Source: Emiliania huxleyi CCMP1516 | Lineage: Eukaryota | Length of the DNA stretch: 64,000 nt | Direction: 5' to 3' | Assembly: GCF_000372725.1 (NCBI RefSeq) | Contig: NW_005201421.1 | Span: forward strand, 248,001-312,000 | Part shown: positions 59,096-64,000 of the stretch, one piece after another | Layout: each line of letters begins with the position of its first letter | How positions within the stretch are numbered: position 1 is the first letter of the stretch | Notes under the pieces: generated by a model | Database searches by the model: none | Told to the model about the DNA's origin: nothing | The model's input: only the letters and a program-made list of their open reading frames with translations | Made by a program: the position numbers and the translations under genes

Positions 59096-59360
59096 CCGCG
59101 AGGTGGCATGAAGGTTGCAGCGAGAATCGGCGAGAGACTGCGAAAAGAGATAGGAAGAGGCAGACTCCCTAGGGTGGGCGACGGCTAGCGCATCACACTC
59201 CTCTCCTTAAAATCCCTGTGTGGTGGCGGCGTGCCGTCCTCCCATCCCTCCCTTGGGTTGTCTGTTTTCTTTCTTTCTTTAGCCCTTGGGTTGTCTGTTT
59301 TCTTTCTTTCTTTCTTTCTCCCATCCCTCCCTTGGGTTGTCTGCTTTCTTTCTTTCTTTT
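59096..59360 (+). mobile_element. (TTTC)n-tailed dispersed repeat with three stacked ends
   Basis: CCCTTGGGTTGTCTG(T/C)TTTCTTTC occurs three times; matches the reverse complement of 38603-38857. Confidence 0.85.
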
Positions 59361-59884
59361 TACACTGGGCACGGGACAAGAGAGATCGCTTGAATGCCGG
59401 CATAAAAGCGCGACAGTGCTAGCCGCCTCCGCGATGCTGAGCGGTGCATGAAGGGCGGCGAGCCGCTGACCTTCATCAGCTCGCTGAGATGGGACACGCC
59501 CAGCACATCGACGCGGCCACCGTCCGGTTCACCATGCACATCGACGGCAGCCTCGACGGGCAGATCAACTTGAAGTCCGAGTACACACGGGAGCTGGAGC
59601 GCGCGGAGCGCGAGCGAGCGGGCACGTGCGCCACCGCCGCGCCAGCCGCCGCGCCCGCCGCCGCGCCCGCCGCCGCGCCCGCCGCCGTGCCCGCCGCCGC
59701 GCCTGCGGCTCAGTCGTACGCAGCCGCGGCTGCACAGCCGCCTGCCGGCAGCCTCACAATCCGGCCGGCCAAGCGCGGCCGGCGCAAGGCTGCGCCCCGC
59801 GTCGACAGGAACGCGCTCTCCGCGCGCGGCGACGGTGTGCCGCCGCGGCGTTCGCGCTCCTCGTCGCCTGACGCGCCGCCTGCG

Positions 59885-61346
59885 AGCGCGTCTGTGCAGC
59901 CACGCCCGCCATCGCATACGCCCACACCGTGTTGGCCAGCGCCTGAGGGTTGAAGCCAGCCAGCTCGCCTCGCACCGCCGCCTCCGCCACCACCGCGTAC
60001 AGCGCGTCTGCAGCCACGCCCGCCGTCGCATACGCCCACATTATGTTGGCCACGTTCTGAGGGCTGAAGCCAGCCAGCCCGCTGCGCACCGCCGCCTCCG
60101 CCACCGCTGCGAACAGCGAGCTTACCATACTCGCTGGCAGCCGGCATTTGGCAACACCGTGAGCTATGTTCGCCAGTTCTCGCGCCTCGCACGACGAAAC
60201 GAGGTCGAGCGTACGCTGCACCAGCTGCTCAAGCTGCTCCTCGTGCCGCCGCTCAATGTTCTGCTTGCCGAGCTTGTTCCACAAATTTCCTGCGTGGATG
60301 TGATCGCTCGTGCTGTGGGCAGCAAAGAGCGTGAGCAGCTCTTCGGTGCCGCTGGCAGCAGAGATGCGGTTGTTGAGCTGCTTAGCATTGAGCTGACCAC
60401 CGGCAGCGCTACGGCTGGGCTCGACGCAGATGCGCACATCGCTGCTCTGTTGCTCGTCGCGCCGCCAGCTGCTGTGGTCGAGCGACTCGACGCGGGGTCG
60501 CTTGCTACCGCCCGCCAGACCACCGCCCGGAGGCCTCGACAGCGGGTGGGGCGGCGGTGGGTGCGGGCTCAGGTGCGGGTAGGCGTGCGACTGCGGCGGA
60601 TAGGCCTGAGGGTGTGGTAATCGGTACTGTGGCCGTGGCTGCGTCACTTGCGGCGGCGGCGGCCAAGTGTGCCTGCGACCCACTCCTGCGCCGCTGTGCC
60701 GAGGCAGCAACATGAGCTCGGGCGGAAGGGAGTACTGCAGCTGCTGGTGCGTTCCGTGCGGCGGCGGATAGGAGTGGCGAGGCATCAAAGAACGCGGCAC
60801 ACACTGCGGGTGCGGCGGGTGCGGCAGGTGCGGCGGGTGCAGTGGGTGCGGCGGGTGCGGCGGGTGCGGCGAGTGCGGCGGGCGCAGGTGCTGGTAGGCG
60901 TGCGGCTGCTGCGGATAGGCCTGAGGTTGCGGCTGTCGGTTCTGTGGCCACGGCTGCGGCACTTGCGGCGGCGGCGGCCTATGCCTGCGATCCACTCCTG
61001 CGCCGCTGTGCTGTGGCAGCGGCATGAGCTCGGGCGGAAGAATTGAGCGGCTGCTGGTGCGGCGGACGATGATAGGAGTGGCGAGGCAACGAAGGCACAC
61101 ACTGTGGATGCTGCTGCGGATACAGAGCGGGAGTTTATCCGTTCGCATTCACTTCCGACAGGCTCGCCGCCGCCCCGAGCTCGTGCAGCACTCGAAGGCA
61201 GCTCTCGTGGCCGTTGCCAGCAGCGAGATGAGCTGGACTGGAGGCGTCAGCGTCTGCTCCTTGAAGCGACACATCCTGCTCGTGCAGCGCGCGTAGTGCA
61301 ACAACATTGCCGTCGCGCGCGGCGCATGATGCCCGGATCATTATGA
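59885..61346 (-). pseudogene. Chimeric or truncated gene: ankyrin fragment, Pro/His/Gln duplication, 38-aa OPR/FASTK-RAP-type repeats
   Basis: SPAHLAAGNGHESCLRVLHELG; frame break near 61140; ARELANIAHG, FSPQNVANIMWAYATAG, FNPQALANTVWAYAMAG, then an abrupt end. Confidence 0.65.
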
Positions 61347-61546
61347 TGTCTTTTGGCGGGACGACCGCGGCGCTCGGCCGTCGGCGGGCACGTCTTTTTT
61401 GCTGGCGAAGGTTTTCTTTTTCGAGGCGTGTGCGGAGTGAACCTAGGAGTGAACCTGATAGGAACCTCGCCGCTAAAGTATGATCGATCGTGCGAAGCCT
61501 TTCTGAAAAAATTGAAAGAGATCGTTCGGTGAGCTGCCTCCTCACG

Positions 61547-63778
61547 TCAGACAACGCGAACCTCCAACCACTGTCTGACAGGCGTGCGGCAGTAGGGGCA
61601 TTGCTGCATCCTCTCAGAGCAGGGCCCGCAAGCGCACTGGTGCCCGCACGGGAAGGCGAGGTGCGACTTCGGCCGGGTGAAGCAGACAATACACGTCGTA
61701 TCGCCGCCCATGCTCGACTCGGGCACGGCCGGGCGGCCCGTGTCGAAGCTTGCGTCGGCGAGCGAGACGGTGGCAGGCGGCGGCGGCTCGCCTGGGGGAG
61801 GCGCGGCCTCGGACGCCCGGTATGCCTCGCCGACCTCGGGGACAAGCGTCTGCTCCTCCGCCTTGCGTCGCGTCTCCTCCAGCCTCGCGCTTTCCTCGAG
61901 CGCCGCCGCCAGCGCCGCCTCCTCCGCCGCCGCCACCGCCTCCTCCTCCACCGCCTCCTCCGCCGGCGCCTCGGGCTCTTGGGACGGCCCAGCGCCTCCC
62001 CCGCCGCCCTTCTTCTTCTTCTTCTTCTTGCCCTTCTTGCTCTCCTTGGCGCGCTCCGCCTCCTTCTCCGCCGCCTCCTCCGCCAGCAGCGCCTCGGCAT
62101 GCCGCGTCGCCTCCGCCTCCGCCGCCGCTCTCTCCGCCTCCCTCGCCGCTGCCTTCGCCGCCGCCTCCGCTGCCGCCTCCGCCGCCGCGTGCTCCTCGAG
62201 GGCGCGCACGCACCCGGCGTGGCCTTTCTCCTTGGCCATCTGCAGCGCCGTCCTGCCGCTCGCAGAGCACAACGCCGCGTCTGCGCCCGCCCGCAACAGG
62301 TGGAGGACGACGGCGGAGTGGTCGGAGAAGCCGGCGGCGTACATCAGCGCGGTGAAGCCGAGGTCGTTCTGCAGATTGGTCTCCGCCCTGTGCTGCAACA
62401 GCAGATCGACCACCCGCTCGTGGCCCTCCTGGGCGGCGTACATCAGCGGGACGTAGCCGTCGTTGTCCTGCTTGTTGATCTCCGCCCCGCGCTGCAGCAG
62501 CAAGTCGACCACCCGCTCGTGGCCGTTGCCGGCGGCGCACATCAGCGCGGTGTCGCCTCTGCTGTTCTGCAAGTCGATCTCTGCGCCGCGCTGCAGCAGC
62601 ATGTCGACCACCCCCTCTTGGCCCTTCTGGGCGGCAAGCATCAGCGCGGTGAGGCCGCTTACATTGTCTACCCCGCAAGTCGCGTTGACCCGCCCGCCGC
62701 TATCAAGCCACGCCAGCAGCGCCGCCTCTTCGCCTCGCGCAGCCGCTTGCCTGACGTCCATGGCAAGGCTGCCCGGTGAGCCGGAAGAGGCCGCGGCCCT
62801 CGCTCCCGCCGCTGCCTCGCCCGAGGGAGCGCCACCCGCGCCGTCCGCCGCCTCGCGCTGGCTCGCAGTCACCTCCTCGATGTGCTGCCGGAAGGCGCCG
62901 ACGCACGCTGCGTGACCCTCCTCCTTGGCATACTGCAGCGCGGACTTGCCGTCTTCAGAGCGCAGCGCCGCGTCTGCGCCCGACCGCAGCAGGCGGAGCA
63001 CGATGGCGGGGCAGCCTTCGCTAGCGGCGCACATCAGCGCGGTTTCGCCGTCGACGTCCTGAAAGTCGATCTCCGCGCCGCGCTGCAGCAGCAGCTCGAC
63101 CACCCGCTCGTGGGCTTGGCCGGCGGCGCCCATCAGCGCGGTGCCGCCGTTGCCGTCATGCAAGTCGACCTCTGCGCCGTGCAGAAGCAGCAACTCGACC
63201 ACCCGCTCGTCGCCGGAGCTGGCGGCGACCATCAGCGCGGTGTTGCCAAAGTCGTTCTGCACGTTGATCTCCGCGCCGCGCTGCAACACGAGATCGACCA
63301 CCCGCTCGCGGCCGTTGCCGGCGGCGACCCACAGCGCGGTGCTGCCGTTGCCGTCCTGCTTGTTGATCTCCGCCCCGCGCTGCAGCAGCAAGTCGACCAC
63401 CCGCTCGTGGCCGTTGCCGGCGGCGCACGTCAGCGCGGTGACGCCTCTGCTGTTCTGCAAGTCGATCTCTGCGCCGCGCTGCAGCAGCAGCTCGACCGAC
63501 GGCTCGCGGCCGTTGCCGGCGGCGAACATCAGCACGGTGTGGCCGTCGCCGCTCTGCAAGTGACGCCACTCATCTCGCCGCTCTGCAAGTGACGCCACAG
63601 TGACGCCACTCATCTCGCCCTCCCCGCAAGTCGCGTTGACCCGCCCGCCGCAATCAAGCCACGCCAGCACCGCCGCCTCGTCGCCTCGTCCAGCCACCAA
63701 CGCCTCTACGACGCGCGCCAGCGCCGTCTCTGGCACCTCCGGCGGCGACGCGTCATGATTTGCGGCAAAAGGCATCAT
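61547..63778 (-). CDS. Ankyrin-repeat protein with coiled coil, poly-Lys and C-terminal RING finger
   Basis: About ten ankyrin repeats in two blocks; CIVCFTRPKSHLAFPCGHQCACGPCSERMQQCPYCR. Confidence 0.92.
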   Translation of the reverse strand: MMPFAANHDASPPEVPETALARVVEALVAGRGDEAAVLAWLDCGGRVNATCGEGEMSGVTVASLAERRDEWRHLQSGDGHTVLMFAAGNGREPSVELLLQRGAEIDLQNSRGVTALTCAAGNGHERVVDLLLQRGAEINKQDGNGSTALWVAAGNGRERVVDLVLQRGAEINVQNDFGNTALMVAASSGDERVVELLLLHGAEVDLHDGNGGTALMGAAGQAHERVVELLLQRGAEIDFQDVDGETALMCAASEGCPAIVLRLLRSGADAALRSEDGKSALQYAKEEGHAACVGAFRQHIEEVTASQREAADGAGGAPSGEAAAGARAAASSGSPGSLAMDVRQAAARGEEAALLAWLDSGGRVNATCGVDNVSGLTALMLAAQKGQEGVVDMLLQRGAEIDLQNSRGDTALMCAAGNGHERVVDLLLQRGAEINKQDNDGYVPLMYAAQEGHERVVDLLLQHRAETNLQNDLGFTALMYAAGFSDHSAVVLHLLRAGADAALCSASGRTALQMAKEKGHAGCVRALEEHAAAEAAAEAAAKAAAREAERAAAEAEATRHAEALLAEEAAEKEAERAKESKKGKKKKKKKGGGGGAGPSQEPEAPAEEAVEEEAVAAAEEAALAAALEESARLEETRRKAEEQTLVPEVGEAYRASEAAPPPGEPPPPATVSLADASFDTGRPAVPESSMGGDTTCIVCFTRPKSHLAFPCGHQCACGPCSERMQQCPYCRTPVRQWLEVRVV

Positions 63779-64000
63779 TTGATACCAGGGACGACAGGGC
63801 ACGGCGGCGCGCAGGTTTTCTTTTTCGAGGCTAAGTATGATGAACACATCTCATGCACTGGCTGGACATCAGTTCCGAGCACCACTTTACCTCAGTCAAA
63901 GTGCGGGTTGCACAAAAGAGCGCAAGACGCCGCGCGGGGGGTACGTGGATCCCACCACCCCATGAATCATGCAGTACATTGGACACAAAACGGCCACTAC

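Overview
Very GC-rich eukaryotic DNA with short introns (many GC-AG), intronic 9-11 nt repeats, microsatellites and four N gaps. Gene content and style suggest a haptophyte such as Emiliania/Gephyrocapsa huxleyi (inference). Recognisable genes: Na+/Ca2+ exchanger, two-repeat Myb factor, three ankyrin proteins (one with RING), ELMO-domain protein, tandem-domain phosphoglycerate mutase, HPAT-like arabinosyltransferase, alpha/beta hydrolase, ferredoxin-nitrite reductase, HNH nuclease, sulfotransferase plus GT8-like pair, F-box repeat protein, RCCR-like reductase, PX protein, Gly/Pro repeat protein, SLC13/DASS transporter, SET-domain protein and a truncated OPR-repeat gene. The strongest unexplained signal is intron structure: most introns I could reconstruct begin with a degenerate copy of the downstream exon start, followed by a short repeat-family filler. 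One nitrite reductase intron retains a perfect 35-bp direct repeat, suggesting a duplication-plus-insertion route of intron birth. The 33-47 kb and 52-64 kb regions are rich in mobile-element termini, including an HNH gene between 460-bp direct repeats and a (TTTC)n-tailed repeat found upstream of four genes. All calls are by eye; exon boundaries are approximate.
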